Source of the DNA: Gemmatimonadota bacterium
Lineage (GTDB): Bacteria; Gemmatimonadota; Gemmatimonadetes; Gemmatimonadales; Gemmatimonadaceae
DNA length: 64,000 nt
NCBI GenBank assembly: GCA_031127085.1
Contig: JARIEY010000001.1
Coordinates: 30,175-94,174, forward strand
Direction: 5' to 3'
Part shown: one piece after another, positions 1-10,444 of the stretch
Position numbering within the stretch: position 1 is the stretch's first letter
Layout: each line of letters opens with the position of its first letter
Made by a program: the position numbers and the translations under genes
The notes under the pieces: model-generated
The model's database searches: none
What the model was told of the DNA's origin: nothing
The model's input: the letters and a program-made list of their open reading frames with translations, nothing else

Positions 1-597
1 GAGCACCATCCCGGCACCGGTCGCTCCCGGTTCACCCGCGAGGATGGCGGGGCGCAGGGCGCGATAGGCCACCACCATGGGATCGGCCGCATCGTCGGCC
101 ACCCAATACGTCGTCACGGTGGGAGCGCTGGCGACCTCGGTGCCGCCTGCGCGCGTGCGCGTGGTGGATTTCATCTCGAACTTGCGCGTGCGGTGACCGA
201 GCACTGTTCCCCCATCACCCACGAGGCGCCACGGCGAGACCGCCGGCATTGGCCCAAGCACCTTTTTGGCGTCGGCGACGAGCGGCTTCGCCGTGCTGGC
301 GCCCACGGTGAACACGGTGCGGTCGCGCGGCACGACGTTCAGAAAGGTGCGCGGTGTTCCGATCACCAGCTGGTACGCGGTGGAATCGCCGCGATACGGC
401 TCACCCTCGGTGCGCGAGCAGCCGGCGGAGGTCCAGGCGCGTGTCACGCGCGTGCGCGTGTTCGCATTGGATCCACCGCGGCTGACCGCCGTGATGCGCG
501 TCTCCACGAAGAAGCCCGGCGTGCTGGCCTGCGCGCGCAGTGTCGGCGCGCCGAAGACCGTCAGCGCCGCGATGGTCGTGTGAAGGAGCATACGCAT
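1..597 (-). CDS. hypothetical secreted protein (3' part lies outside the window)
   Basis: This ORF is open at the window edge, so it is absent from the ORF track. The minus-strand ATG at 595-597 opens a frame that I translated by hand with no stop down to position 1 (199 codons). It begins MRMLLHTTIAALTVFGAPTLRAQA, which looks like a signal peptide. Third codon positions are GC-rich. I recognise no family. Confidence 0.5.
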   Translation of the reverse strand, partial: MRMLLHTTIAALTVFGAPTLRAQASTPGFFVETRITAVSRGGSNANTRTRVTRAWTSAGCSRTEGEPYRGDSTAYQLVIGTPRTFLNVVPRDRTVFTVGASTAKPLVADAKKVLGPMPAVSPWRLVGDGGTVLGHRTRKFEMKSTTRTRAGGTEVASAPTVTTYWVADDAADPMVVAYRALRPAILAGEPGATGAGMVL

Positions 598-685
598 ACC
601 GTCGAAGATAGCATCCCACGACGGGGGCGATAAGCAATGCGCGTGCACCGCGGTGCGTGATGCCTGGACGACGCGCGCGCCGCCG

Positions 686-2305
686 CTACTTCGCGGGCGG
701 CGCCTCGTAGACGACGACACCGTTCACGATCGTGCGCACGATCTGCGCGTCGCGAATCGACTCTGGCGCGATGCGCGTGAGGTCGCGGTCGATCATCGTG
801 AGGTCGGCAAGCATCCCCTTCCGAATGACCCCGCGCGTCGCTTCGGCGAAGCCGGCGTACGCCGCCCCCCCCGTGTACGCGCGCAGCGCCTCCTCAACGG
901 TGATCTTCTGCTCGGGCACCCAGCCGCCGGGGCGCTTCTCGTCGAGCGTGCGGCGCGTCACCGCCGCGTAGATCCCCATCAGCGGCGTGGGCGGCGCCAC
1001 AAACCAGTCGCTGCCAAAGGCGAGCGTCGCCTTGCCGTCGAGGAGCGACCGGAAGGCGTAGGTGCCCTTGGCGCGCTCGGGCCCAATCACGCGGTCCACC
1101 CAGCGCCCATCATCGATGGCGTGGTATGGCTGCATCGACGGAATCACGCCGAGCGCTCCGAAACGCACCATGTCGGCGGGGGCGATGTGCTGCGCGTGTT
1201 CAATGCGGAATCGGCGGTCGCGGGGGCCGTTTTCGCGTACGACGCGCTCGAAGATGTCGAGCTGCACGCGAATGGCGCGGTCGCCGATGGCGTGCACCAG
1301 AAGTTGCAGGCCGGCCTTGTCGGCCGATGACGCCCACTGGTACAGGTCGGCCTCGGTGTTGACCATCAGGCCGCGGTCCGTGGGCGCGTCAGTGAAGGGC
1401 TCGAGCATCGCCGCCGTGTGCGATCCAATGGAGCCGTCCACGAACCCCTTGAGTCCGCCGATGCGCACCCAGTCATCGCCGTGTCCGCGCGCCTTCACGG
1501 TGTCGGCCAGCCGCTTCCAGGTGGAGAGCGGGACGGCGGCGTAGATGCGGGTCGTCAGGGCCCCCGCCGCGTGCGCGCGCTCAAACGTCGCCAGATCGCC
1601 CCACCCGCCCATGTGGTGTACCGCGGTGACGCCCTGCGCGTTGACGTGCTGCATTGCCGCGCGCAGTGCGCGGTCGGTCATTTCGCGGCTCGCCGGAGGG
1701 ACGGCGCGATCGACGATCCCCATCGCATTGTCCTTGAAGATCCCCGTCGGCTCGCCCTGCGCGTCCCGCACCACGGTGCCACCGTCCACATCCTTGACCT
1801 CGCGCGTCACGCCGGCGGCCTTGAGCGCCGCCGTGTTGGCGAGACTCATATGTCCGTCGAGCCGATTGATCCAGACGGGATGGTCAGGCGTGACCGCGTC
1901 GATCCACGCGCGCGTGGGGAGTTCGCCGCCCCAGTTCTCGTGATCCCAGTCGCCGTTCATGATCCACGTGCCGGCGGGCACCGTCTTGGCGTACTCGCCG
2001 ATGCGCCGGATGAACTCGGCCTTCGTCTGGGCGTCGCGCAGCTTCACCGACTGGAGGGCAAAGCCTCCTTCGATGAAATGCACGTGCGCGTCGGTGAAGC
2101 CGGGGACGACCATCGCACCGTGCGCATCGATGATGCGCGCGCTCGTGCCGGCCAGTTTGCGGATCTCGGCTCCCGATCCAACGGCGGCGATGCGCGCGCC
2201 GTCCACGGCCACGGCGTCGGCCCACGGCCGGCGCGCGTCGCCGGTCCAGACGCGGGCGTTGACGATGGCGAGACTGATCACGGCCGTCTGGGCGAGCAGG
2301 TGCAT
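686..2305 (-). CDS. amidohydrolase-family metal-dependent hydrolase (YtcJ-like)
   Basis: 539-aa ORF. It has the N-terminal DAHVHF metal-binding HxH motif, HAIGD, and later His/Asp ligands typical of amidohydrolase_3 enzymes. Confidence 0.8.
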   Translation of the reverse strand: MHLLAQTAVISLAIVNARVWTGDARRPWADAVAVDGARIAAVGSGAEIRKLAGTSARIIDAHGAMVVPGFTDAHVHFIEGGFALQSVKLRDAQTKAEFIRRIGEYAKTVPAGTWIMNGDWDHENWGGELPTRAWIDAVTPDHPVWINRLDGHMSLANTAALKAAGVTREVKDVDGGTVVRDAQGEPTGIFKDNAMGIVDRAVPPASREMTDRALRAAMQHVNAQGVTAVHHMGGWGDLATFERAHAAGALTTRIYAAVPLSTWKRLADTVKARGHGDDWVRIGGLKGFVDGSIGSHTAAMLEPFTDAPTDRGLMVNTEADLYQWASSADKAGLQLLVHAIGDRAIRVQLDIFERVVRENGPRDRRFRIEHAQHIAPADMVRFGALGVIPSMQPYHAIDDGRWVDRVIGPERAKGTYAFRSLLDGKATLAFGSDWFVAPPTPLMGIYAAVTRRTLDEKRPGGWVPEQKITVEEALRAYTGGAAYAGFAEATRGVIRKGMLADLTMIDRDLTRIAPESIRDAQIVRTIVNGVVVYEAPPAK

Positions 2306-2389
2306 AGATGCCTCGGCGCGGCGGGCGGCCCGCCGCGCGGCAGATGGGACCCGACGGAACGCGTCACGTGACGGCCCGTCCGTCGATCA

Positions 2390-2710
2390 TCAGCGGCGCT
2401 CGACGGCGTCGCGGACGTCGAGCAGAATCTCGAAGTAGAGCTGCTCGCGGCGATACGAGAAGTCGAGCGCCTTCATTCCCGCCTCGTCCTCGGTGGCCTT
2501 GGCGCGCTCGAACGCCTCGCGGTACATGTCATCGAGATTGGCGAGGATGCGTTCGCGGGAACGGGACATGCGCAGGTTCTCCAGGGTCGCCGACGTAAGC
2601 CGCGGCGGGTCGGTGGACGCGACGGGGGCCGGCGCTGCCGATGCCCCATCGGTGAGGAGTTTTTGGGCCATGCCGAGCAGCTGGCCGCGTACGTCGAAGG
2701 GTTTGGTCAT
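2390..2710 (-). CDS. hypothetical small protein
   Basis: Track ORF 2390..2758 trimmed to the ATG at 2708-2710 (MTKPFDVRG...). It is co-oriented with, and downstream of, the sensor kinase gene. I recognise no family. Confidence 0.45.
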   Translation of the reverse strand: MTKPFDVRGQLLGMAQKLLTDGASAAPAPVASTDPPRLTSATLENLRMSRSRERILANLDDMYREAFERAKATEDEAGMKALDFSYRREQLYFEILLDVRDAVERR

Positions 2711-2785
2711 GGCTGACGTGCATAATCGCACGCCTGCGCCGCGGGGGGAATGGGGCAAGGTCGCCCCGAGGGTGTCCCGCGCCCG

Positions 2786-5700
2786 TTATCCGGTCGGCGC
2801 CTCGAGGGCGCCGCGCAGCGCCACGGCAAGCTCCGCTGCCACGAAGGGCTTGCGCAGCAGCATCGTCCCGGCGAGCATCGGAGCGCCGCTCACCAGTGCT
2901 TCCGAATGTCCCGACATAAACACGAGACGCAGCGTGGGCCAGCGCCGCCGCACCTCCTCGGCGAGCGCAATGCCACCCATCTGCGGCATCCGGACATCGG
3001 TGAGCACGAGATCGATGCGCGCCTGCTCCGCCTCGAGTACCTGAAGCGCCTCGAGGCCATCGCGCGCCGTCACCACGGAATAGCCGAGCGTGCGCAGCGT
3101 GCGCTCGACCGTGTCACGCACCGCTTGCTCGTCCTCCACCAGCAGCACCCGTTCGCTCCCGTGCGGCGCCACCAAGGGCGCAGCGATTACGGATGGCGCA
3201 ACGCTCCCCTCGACGCGCGGAAAGTAGACCCGGAATGTCGACCCCTCGCCTTCGGCCGTGTCGACGACGATGTGCCCGCCGTTCTGCGACACAATGCCGA
3301 AGGCCGTGGCGAGGCCGAGCCCGGTCCCCTTCCCCGGTTCCTTGGTGGTGAAAAACGGCTCGAAGAGATGCGACTGCACCTCGGGTGACATGCCGACGCC
3401 GGTGTCGGCCACCTCGAGCACCACGTGGTCGCCCACGGCGAAGCCCGGGTGCGCGTCGACAAACGCCGCATCCAGCGCAACCGCGCGGGTACGAATCGTG
3501 AGTCGTCCGCCCTGCGGCATCGCGTCGCGCGCGTTCAATGCGAGGTTCAGCAGGACCTGTTCCAACTGACTGGGATCGGCGCGCACCGCCCAATCCCCTT
3601 CCAGCGCCTCGACGTGCAGCACGATGTTCTCGCTCAGCAGTCGGCGCACCAGTACGTCGGTGTGAGCCACCAGGTCGCCGAGCCGCAGCACGCGCGGCTG
3701 CACCACCTGTTTGCGCGCGAAGGCCAGCAGTTGGCGTGTCAGGTTGGCCGCGCGCATCGAGACCGTGCGCACCTCGTCGAGATCGGCGCGCAGGTGCTCG
3801 GGCACGTCCGGCTCGGAGAGGGCGAGTTCAGCGTGTCCAAGGATCGCGGTGAGCAGGTTGTTCAGGTCGTGCGCCACGCCGCCGGCCAGACGGCCGACGC
3901 TTTCGAGCTTTTGCGCGTGCAGCAGCTGCTGCTCCAGCCGTTCGCGCGCGGCCAGCGCTTCGGTGCGTTCGTGCACGAGCGTCTGCAAACGCGCCGCTTG
4001 GCGGTGCAGGATGCCCACGCGCCAGCGGTACGCGACCGTGCCGATGAACATCGCGAGCACCGCCAGCAGCGCCCAGAACCACGGACTGCTCGTGTACGAG
4101 GGCGTCGAGACGACGGTGACTTCGGCCGGAACCGTCGACGGCACGCCGTCGGCACTGACGGCGCGCACCACAAAGCGATAGCGTCCGCGAGGGACGCGCT
4201 CGTAATCGGCGACGCGCTGCAGCGAGTCGTCTACGCTGCGCCAGTCGCGATCCACGCCTTCCAGTCGGTACATCAGCCGCACCCGCGAGGGTGAGGCCAG
4301 CAGTGTCGCCGTGAACTCGATGCGCACGCGCGTCGTTCCGCGAGGCAACCGCACGTCGCCGCCCAGCGGCATCGACACGCCGTCGGCCAGCACACGTTCG
4401 ACGAACACCTGCGGCACCGTAGAGTCCGTGCGGATGTCACGTGGGTTCAGCAGCACCAGACCGGCCGTCGTCGGCAGCCAGAGCCGTCCCGACGCATCGC
4501 GAGAACCGGAGGAATTTCCCCCTTTGGCGAAGTCATGGCTGCGCAGGCCGTCTTCTCGCGTGAACAGGCGAGACGGCACATCGCGTGTGCTGTCGTCGAC
4601 AAACGCCAGCAGGTCCGCCTTGCGCACGCGCTGGAGTCCCTGGCCAGACATCAACCAGAGATGCCCTCGCCCGTCGTCAATGATGTTGAGCACCTGACTC
4701 ACGATCCCGGTTTTCGTCGGCGAAAACCGAAACAGCGTATCTCCGCGAATCAGCGACAGCCCCTCGTAGAACTGCCCGCTCCAGACGCCCATCGTGTCGG
4801 GAAGCACGTCCATCGCCTGACTGACGCTATCGCCGTTCGCCGCGATGAAGACCCGCAACGAGTCGTTCTCCAGCCGCGCGAGCTGCGCGCCCACCACCCA
4901 GACGGTGCCACGGCGATCTTGGGCCACCGAGTATATGCGCCCTGAGAGCACCCCCTTTCGGCGGGGCACCATGGTCAACCCGCGCGGGCCGCGCACCATG
5001 AGCGCCGTATCGGTGCCCACGTAGAACCGCCCAGCGTCGTCTTCCATGATGGAACGCACGCCGATCGGCGCAATCCCAAGCCGCGCCGTTTCGTCGACGA
5101 ATTGGTCGCCGGCCAACCGAGCGAGTCCGCGCTTGGTCCCGAGCCACAACGTGCCACGCCGACTCCGGTAGCTCGTCAGCACGACTTCGCTTGGCAGGCC
5201 GTCGGGCGTCGAGTAGGACTGCGTGCTCCCGTCCGCTGCGATGCGCACTGCGCCGTCGCCGCCCGTCCCCACCCAGACCGATCCATCGCGGTCGGCGCGC
5301 GCCGACCAGACGATCGACGTGGTCCAGATGCCCGCGCCGCGCCAGTTCTGCAGCGTCGGCACCCGCACGCGGGTGAGGCCGTCGACCATTCCCGCCCAGA
5401 CGTTTTCTTCTCGGTCGATGAACACGTCGGACACGTTATTGTCGGCCAACCCTTCCGCCGTTCCAAGCGACCGGAAGCGCCCGTTGGGCTCGAGCCGAGC
5501 AACACCGCCACCCAGCGTACCCACCCAGATCACGCCGCCGCGCTGCTCGACAATGCTGGACACGAAGACCGAACGCAGGCCGTCCCGCGCGCCATAGCGC
5601 CGCACCACGCGATACCGGTCCCCCGCGCCGCGCTCCATCTGCGCGAGCCCCTGACCCGTCGCGAGCCACATCGAACCGTCACGGGCGCGCAACAAGCGGA

Positions 5701-6439
5701 GCATGCGTGCGACGGCAAGCCACGGCACGTCGGAGTGCACCAGCCGACCGTCTCGCAGGTGGAACAACCCGAGGTCGGTGCCCACCCACAACTCGCCGCC
5801 GGCGTCTTCCGCGAGCGCATTCACATTGTGCGGCCCGCTCCCTCGCACCAGCGTGAATCGATCGCCAGACAATCGCGCCAGCCCGCTGCGCGTTCCCGCC
5901 CAGATGCGCCCCCGTCCGTCCTGATAGAGGGCATTCACGTCGGCATCCGGCAGGCCCTGCGTCACACCGTACGTGCGAAAACGGCCGTTCGCGTAGTGCA
6001 CGACGCCAGCGTGCATCGTCGCGATCCAGGTGGACCCGTCTCGCGCAACGAGCACGTCATTGAGATACTGGTCCGGCAGGCTGTCCGGGTACGCGGCGCC
6101 GTACGCGGTGTGCACGGTGAAGCGCAGCCCATCAAATCGCGCCAGCCCTGCATCCGTGGCCAGCAGGAGGTAGCCTTCAGGCGTCTGCGCAACGCGCCGC
6201 ACCAGATTACCGGGCAGTCCGCGCGTCCATGTGACGTGAACCACCTGATCGGCGAGTGAGCCCGCCGGACTGCCCTGCCCACTGGCGCGCTCACTGACCG
6301 ACGTGAAGAGCAGCCCCGCGACGATCAGGCTGCCACGGAGCGAGCGAACCGTCATGCGCCGGGGCACGGGCACCGGAGCAGCGAGCGTGGAGGACGCGGC
6401 AGCGCACGGTGAGGCGGCACGCCGCGTCGATGCGCTCAC
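2786..6439 (-). CDS. hybrid sensor histidine kinase/response regulator with large periplasmic beta-propeller-type sensor region
   Basis: 1217-aa ORF. Domain order: signal/TM; a long W/G-rich repeat region (WVGT..GL style); TM WFWALLAVLAMFIGTVAY; H-box GGVAHDLNNLL; N-box LNLALNARDAM; G-boxes VADTGVGM and GTGLGLA; C-terminal receiver (VLLVEDE ... LVLTDVRMPQMGG). The GTG at 6437-6439 overlaps the upstream stop (GTGA). The internal ATG at 6355 (MTVRSLRG) is an alternative start. Confidence 0.9.
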   Translation of the reverse strand: MSASTRRAASPCAAASSTLAAPVPVPRRMTVRSLRGSLIVAGLLFTSVSERASGQGSPAGSLADQVVHVTWTRGLPGNLVRRVAQTPEGYLLLATDAGLARFDGLRFTVHTAYGAAYPDSLPDQYLNDVLVARDGSTWIATMHAGVVHYANGRFRTYGVTQGLPDADVNALYQDGRGRIWAGTRSGLARLSGDRFTLVRGSGPHNVNALAEDAGGELWVGTDLGLFHLRDGRLVHSDVPWLAVARMLRLLRARDGSMWLATGQGLAQMERGAGDRYRVVRRYGARDGLRSVFVSSIVEQRGGVIWVGTLGGGVARLEPNGRFRSLGTAEGLADNNVSDVFIDREENVWAGMVDGLTRVRVPTLQNWRGAGIWTTSIVWSARADRDGSVWVGTGGDGAVRIAADGSTQSYSTPDGLPSEVVLTSYRSRRGTLWLGTKRGLARLAGDQFVDETARLGIAPIGVRSIMEDDAGRFYVGTDTALMVRGPRGLTMVPRRKGVLSGRIYSVAQDRRGTVWVVGAQLARLENDSLRVFIAANGDSVSQAMDVLPDTMGVWSGQFYEGLSLIRGDTLFRFSPTKTGIVSQVLNIIDDGRGHLWLMSGQGLQRVRKADLLAFVDDSTRDVPSRLFTREDGLRSHDFAKGGNSSGSRDASGRLWLPTTAGLVLLNPRDIRTDSTVPQVFVERVLADGVSMPLGGDVRLPRGTTRVRIEFTATLLASPSRVRLMYRLEGVDRDWRSVDDSLQRVADYERVPRGRYRFVVRAVSADGVPSTVPAEVTVVSTPSYTSSPWFWALLAVLAMFIGTVAYRWRVGILHRQAARLQTLVHERTEALAARERLEQQLLHAQKLESVGRLAGGVAHDLNNLLTAILGHAELALSEPDVPEHLRADLDEVRTVSMRAANLTRQLLAFARKQVVQPRVLRLGDLVAHTDVLVRRLLSENIVLHVEALEGDWAVRADPSQLEQVLLNLALNARDAMPQGGRLTIRTRAVALDAAFVDAHPGFAVGDHVVLEVADTGVGMSPEVQSHLFEPFFTTKEPGKGTGLGLATAFGIVSQNGGHIVVDTAEGEGSTFRVYFPRVEGSVAPSVIAAPLVAPHGSERVLLVEDEQAVRDTVERTLRTLGYSVVTARDGLEALQVLEAEQARIDLVLTDVRMPQMGGIALAEEVRRRWPTLRLVFMSGHSEALVSGAPMLAGTMLLRKPFVAAELAVALRGALEAPTG

Positions 6440-6705
6440 GCGACCGGGCGTTGCGCCATCAATCGGGCTACGGCGCCGTCTTCCTCGACAAAGGGGAGCA
6501 GCGCCGCCACCACGGCTTGTTCGGTCTCACCTTCCACCGCCATCAGTGGCGGGGGCGTGCGGCGCGCATCGATCCCTCGCGGCCCTGAGTTCCGGCGGTC
6601 AACCTCGATGACCGCGCGCACGGGGACGCCGTTCGCCGGCGTCAGCCGGCGAATGCGAACTGTCGCCCCTTCGGGCAGCATCCGTTCGTACAGGACTTCG
6701 CTCAC
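6436..6705 (-). CDS. hypothetical small protein
   Basis: Track ORF 6436..6765 trimmed to the GTG at 6703-6705, which is preceded by GGGGGAAG. Its stop overlaps the kinase start (GTGA). I recognise no family. Confidence 0.45.
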   Translation of the reverse strand: MSEVLYERMLPEGATVRIRRLTPANGVPVRAVIEVDRRNSGPRGIDARRTPPPLMAVEGETEQAVVAALLPFVEEDGAVARLMAQRPVA

Positions 6706-6783
6706 CCGCTTCCCCCCATAGCCACAGGCCCGCCTATATCTGCGGCACCCCGTCGCCCACCGCAAGCGGCGGCGCGCGGCGGG

Positions 6784-7131
6784 TCACTCTCCGGCGGGTG
6801 TCCCCAGCCGATGGAAGACCGCCTCGGCCACCGGGCGGCCATCGCGCAGGTGCTCGACCACGATGCGCTCAAGCAGCTCCGGGGTGACACCCCGGTACCA
6901 GACCCCCTCAGGGTAGACCACGACAATCGGCCCGCCCCCACAGACGCCAAGGCACGGCGCTTCGCTGCGCTTGATCCGTGTGGGACCAAAGAGCAGTCGC
7001 TCGCGCTGCAACAGCGCGGCGAGATGCGCGTAGAGCGCCCGCCCCCGCCGATCGGTAGAGCAGAACCCGCCCGTGCAGACGAGCACATGACGGGCGTAGG
7101 GTTCCATCACGACGACTTCGGTTTGGTGCAT
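6784..7131 (-). CDS. thioredoxin-like [2Fe-2S] ferredoxin
   Basis: The pattern [10 protein letters not shown] ... [20 protein letters not shown] (Cys-x-Cys ... Cys-x3-Cys) is characteristic of thioredoxin-like 2Fe-2S ferredoxins. The start could instead be the internal ATG at 7107. Confidence 0.75.
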   Translation of the reverse strand: MHQTEVVVMEPYARHVLVCTGGFCSTDRRGRALYAHLAALLQRERLLFGPTRIKRSEAPCLGVCGGGPIVVVYPEGVWYRGVTPELLERIVVEHLRDGRPVAEAVFHRLGTPAGE

Positions 7132-7219
7132 GGGGCGCGCGGCTTGGGTTGCCCCAATCTACAGGGCGGTTCGCGCTCAGACGCTTGCCGAGCGTCCCGC
7201 ACCCATCCATCCTCCCCGC

Positions 7220-10054
7220 ATGCGAATTCACGTCCGCGCCGCCGCACTCGCCTGCGCGCTCCTCGCCGGCGCCGTCGGCGCCCAGCAGGCCGCTCCAGCA
7301 CCGACCGCCTCAGCACCGACCGCGCCGCTGCCGGTCGACCCCGCCATTCTACAGGGGACCCTTCCCAACGGGCTGCGCTATTTCGTGCGCCGCAACGAGA
7401 AACCCCAGCGGCGCGCGGAACTGCGGCTCGTGGTGCGCGCGGGCTCCGTGCTCGAGGACGACGATCAGCGTGGCTTGGCGCACTACGTGGAGCACATGGC
7501 CTTCAACGGCACGTGGCGCTTCCCCAAGCAGGACATCGTCTCGTTTCTCGAGCGGGCCGGCATGCGGTTTGGCGCGGACCTCAATGCGTACACGGGGTTC
7601 GAGGAAACCGTGTATATGCTGCAGATCCCCACCGACACCGCCGCGCTGCTCTCCAAGGCGCTCGACATCTTGCAGGATTGGGCCTCGGCCGTGTCGTTCG
7701 ACAGCACCGAGTTTGCGCGCGAGCGCGGGGTCGTGATCGAGGAATGGCGTACAGGGCGCGGCGCCGGGCAGCGCATCAGCGAACGGCAGTTTGCGGTGCA
7801 GTTCAAGGGATCGCGCTACGCCGATCACTTTCCGATTGGCACCAAAGAGAGCCTCGACACCGCCACGCTCGCCGCGGCACGACGGTTCTATACGGACTGG
7901 TACCGTCCCGACCTGATGACGGTCATTGCCGTCGGCGACTTCGACGCGACGGCGGTGGAGGCGGCCATTCGCACGCGCTTCGGTGCGTTGCGCGCCCCCG
8001 CCTCTCCGCGAGCGCGACTGGCGTATGACGCCCCGGATCATTCGGACACGCGCGTGGTGGTGTCGGCGGACCGCGAGTTTCCGCAGAGCATCGCGCAGAT
8101 CGAGTGGCTGCTGCCGCTGCGGCCGCGCGGCACCGTGGGCGCGTGGCGCACCTCGCTCGTTGCCGGCATCTACACCGCGCTGCTCTCGCAGCGACTCGGC
8201 GAACTCTCGCAGCGGGAAAGCACCCCGTTTGCGTTCGCCTACGCCGGCAGCGGGTCGCTGCTCCCGACGCGTGACGCGTTCACCGCGGCCGCCGTGGTCA
8301 AGGATGGCCGCTTCGTCGACGCGCTGGCCGCGACGCTCGGGGAGTTGGAGCGCGCCAATCGCTTCGGCTTCACCGCCACCGAATTGGAGCGCCAGAAGGC
8401 CAGTTTGCTTCGTTCGTTTGAACGCAGCGTGTCGGAGGCGGCCAAGACGGACTCAAAGGTGTACGCGGAGCAGATGGTCCGTCACGTCCTCCGTCAGGCG
8501 AACATCGCCCACCCCGATCAAATGCTGCGGCTGGCGAAGGACGTGCTGCCCGGCGTGACGCTGGGCGAGGTGAACGCGGCGGCATCGGCCTGGATGCCCG
8601 AGGGGAACCGCACGATCGCCGTGGCCGCGCCAGCGCGCCCCGATGTGATCCTGCCCACCGACTCGGCACTCCGCACCGTCTTTTCAAAGGTGAAGGGCGC
8701 CGCGCTCGCGGCCTATGTCGACTCCACGGCCGACCAGCCGCTCGTGGCCCGTCCGCCCACACCGGGTCGCGTCGTCACGAGCCGCGCGATCGACGACCTG
8801 GGCATCACCGAGTGGACGCTCTCCAACGGCGTCCGGGTGCTGCTGAAGCCCACCGACTTCAAGAACGACCAGGTGCTCTTGAGCGGACGGCGAGCGGGAG
8901 GGTATTCAGTGTTGGGCGACGCCGACCACAAGGTCGCCACCCTGTCCGAGTTCGTGCTCGGCGGCGCCGGCGAGTTCAGCGAGAACCAGCTGCGCCGCAT
9001 GCTCACCGGCAAGGTGGCCACGGCCGGTGTCTCGGTGAGCGAGCACGGCGAATCGGCCTACGGGTCGGCGTCGCCGCGCGACCTGCCCACGATGTTCGAA
9101 CTGCTCTGGCTCAACGCCACGGCGCCCCGTCTCGACACCGCGTTGTTCAACGCCGGGCGCTCGCAGCTGAAGGCGGCCATGCAGAACAGCCGCAATACAC
9201 CCGCACAGGCCTTTGGTGACACCATCGATGTGGTGATGGCCAACTACCACCCGCGCGTTCGCCTGTTCCAGCCCGAGCAGCTCGACTCGCTGGATGTACC
9301 GCGGGCCTTCGCGCTGTACCGTGAGCGCTTCCAGTCGTTTCGCGATTTTACGTTCTACATCGTCGGAAACTTCACGCTCGACGGCATCCGGCCCCTGGTG
9401 GAACGCTACCTCGGCGCGCTCCCGACCGGCGGCGCCGCCACGTCATTCGTCGATCGCGGCATCCGTCCGCCCCGTGGTGTCGTGCGCCGCGAAGTCCGCC
9501 GCGGCACCGACCCCAAGGCGCAGTCACGCATCACCTTCCACGGCGACTTCGACTATTCGTGGGAGCATCGCCTGGAGTTGGACGCGCTGCAGCAGCTGCT
9601 GGAGATGCGCTTTCGCGAGGCCCTGCGCGAGGAGAAGAGCGGCACCTACGGCGTCGGCGTCGATGCCTCGGGCAGTTGGATCCCGTACAAGCGCTACCGT
9701 ATTGCGTTCAGCTTCGGCTCTGCGCCCGAGCGCGTCGACGAGCTCGCCGCCGCCGCCTTTGCCGTCATCGACTCGGTGCAGCGGACCGGCCCCACCGACG
9801 ACGAAATGGCCAAGATCCGCGAAACGTTCATTCGCGCACACGAGACCGGCTTGCGCGAGAACACCGCCTGGATTGGCTGGATGAGCGATCACGACGAGGA
9901 CGGCCGAGACCAACACGCCACGGTGCAGTATCCGGCGCTGGTGCAGCGGCTCACGGCGCAACAGCTGCGCGATGCCGCCCGGCGCTACCTCAACCGGGAC
10001 CAGTACGTGCGCTTCACGCTGCTTCCCGAGGAGGCGCGGAAGGCCGTCCCGTAG
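7220..10054 (+). CDS. M16-family (pitrilysin/insulinase-like) zinc peptidase, fused two-half form, secreted
   Basis: Track ORF 7130..10054 trimmed to ATG 7220 (MRIHVRAAALACALLAGAVGAQQ, a signal peptide). It carries the inverted zinc motif HYVEHMAFNG (HxxEH). A length of about 940 aa equals two M16 halves. Confidence 0.9.
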   Translation: MRIHVRAAALACALLAGAVGAQQAAPAPTASAPTAPLPVDPAILQGTLPNGLRYFVRRNEKPQRRAELRLVVRAGSVLEDDDQRGLAHYVEHMAFNGTWRFPKQDIVSFLERAGMRFGADLNAYTGFEETVYMLQIPTDTAALLSKALDILQDWASAVSFDSTEFARERGVVIEEWRTGRGAGQRISERQFAVQFKGSRYADHFPIGTKESLDTATLAAARRFYTDWYRPDLMTVIAVGDFDATAVEAAIRTRFGALRAPASPRARLAYDAPDHSDTRVVVSADREFPQSIAQIEWLLPLRPRGTVGAWRTSLVAGIYTALLSQRLGELSQRESTPFAFAYAGSGSLLPTRDAFTAAAVVKDGRFVDALAATLGELERANRFGFTATELERQKASLLRSFERSVSEAAKTDSKVYAEQMVRHVLRQANIAHPDQMLRLAKDVLPGVTLGEVNAAASAWMPEGNRTIAVAAPARPDVILPTDSALRTVFSKVKGAALAAYVDSTADQPLVARPPTPGRVVTSRAIDDLGITEWTLSNGVRVLLKPTDFKNDQVLLSGRRAGGYSVLGDADHKVATLSEFVLGGAGEFSENQLRRMLTGKVATAGVSVSEHGESAYGSASPRDLPTMFELLWLNATAPRLDTALFNAGRSQLKAAMQNSRNTPAQAFGDTIDVVMANYHPRVRLFQPEQLDSLDVPRAFALYRERFQSFRDFTFYIVGNFTLDGIRPLVERYLGALPTGGAATSFVDRGIRPPRGVVRREVRRGTDPKAQSRITFHGDFDYSWEHRLELDALQQLLEMRFREALREEKSGTYGVGVDASGSWIPYKRYRIAFSFGSAPERVDELAAAAFAVIDSVQRTGPTDDEMAKIRETFIRAHETGLRENTAWIGWMSDHDEDGRDQHATVQYPALVQRLTAQQLRDAARRYLNRDQYVRFTLLPEEARKAVP

Positions 10055-10060
10055 CGCTCG

Positions 10061-10381
10061 TTACTCGGGAATCTTGTTGTCACCCGGCGGAGCGACGTAG
10101 CGCAACGCCTCCACCGGCGTACCGCCGGCGAGGTGCTCGCTGACGATCTGCGCCGCACCGGCGGGGGTGACGCCGTGGTACCAGACGTCTTCCGGATAGA
10201 CCACGACCATCGGTCCGTGGCCGCACTGCCCGAGGCAGCCGGAATGGTTGACGCGCACGGACTCCTTGAGCCCGGCCTCCACCACGGCCGTGCGCAGCGC
10301 GTTGAAGATGTCCTTGGAGTCCTTCGCAGAGCAGTTCTTGCCCGCGGTGCATACGAAGACGTGCTGCGGATATTGTCCCAT
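10061..10381 (-). CDS. thioredoxin-like [2Fe-2S] ferredoxin (paralogue of 6784..7131)
   Basis: Track ORF 10061..10747 trimmed to the ATG at 10379-10381 (MGQYPQHVFVCTAGKNC ... GCLGQCGHGPMVVVYPEDVWYHGV). The N-terminal 122 codons of the track ORF are Arg/Gly/His-rich noise. Confidence 0.75.
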   Translation of the reverse strand: MGQYPQHVFVCTAGKNCSAKDSKDIFNALRTAVVEAGLKESVRVNHSGCLGQCGHGPMVVVYPEDVWYHGVTPAGAAQIVSEHLAGGTPVEALRYVAPPGDNKIPE

Positions 10382-10444
10382 ACAGGAAAAGTAGCGGACC
10401 GGCAGCCCGATGCGCCGCCCTCCGGGGATCGCTAGTTTCGGCGG

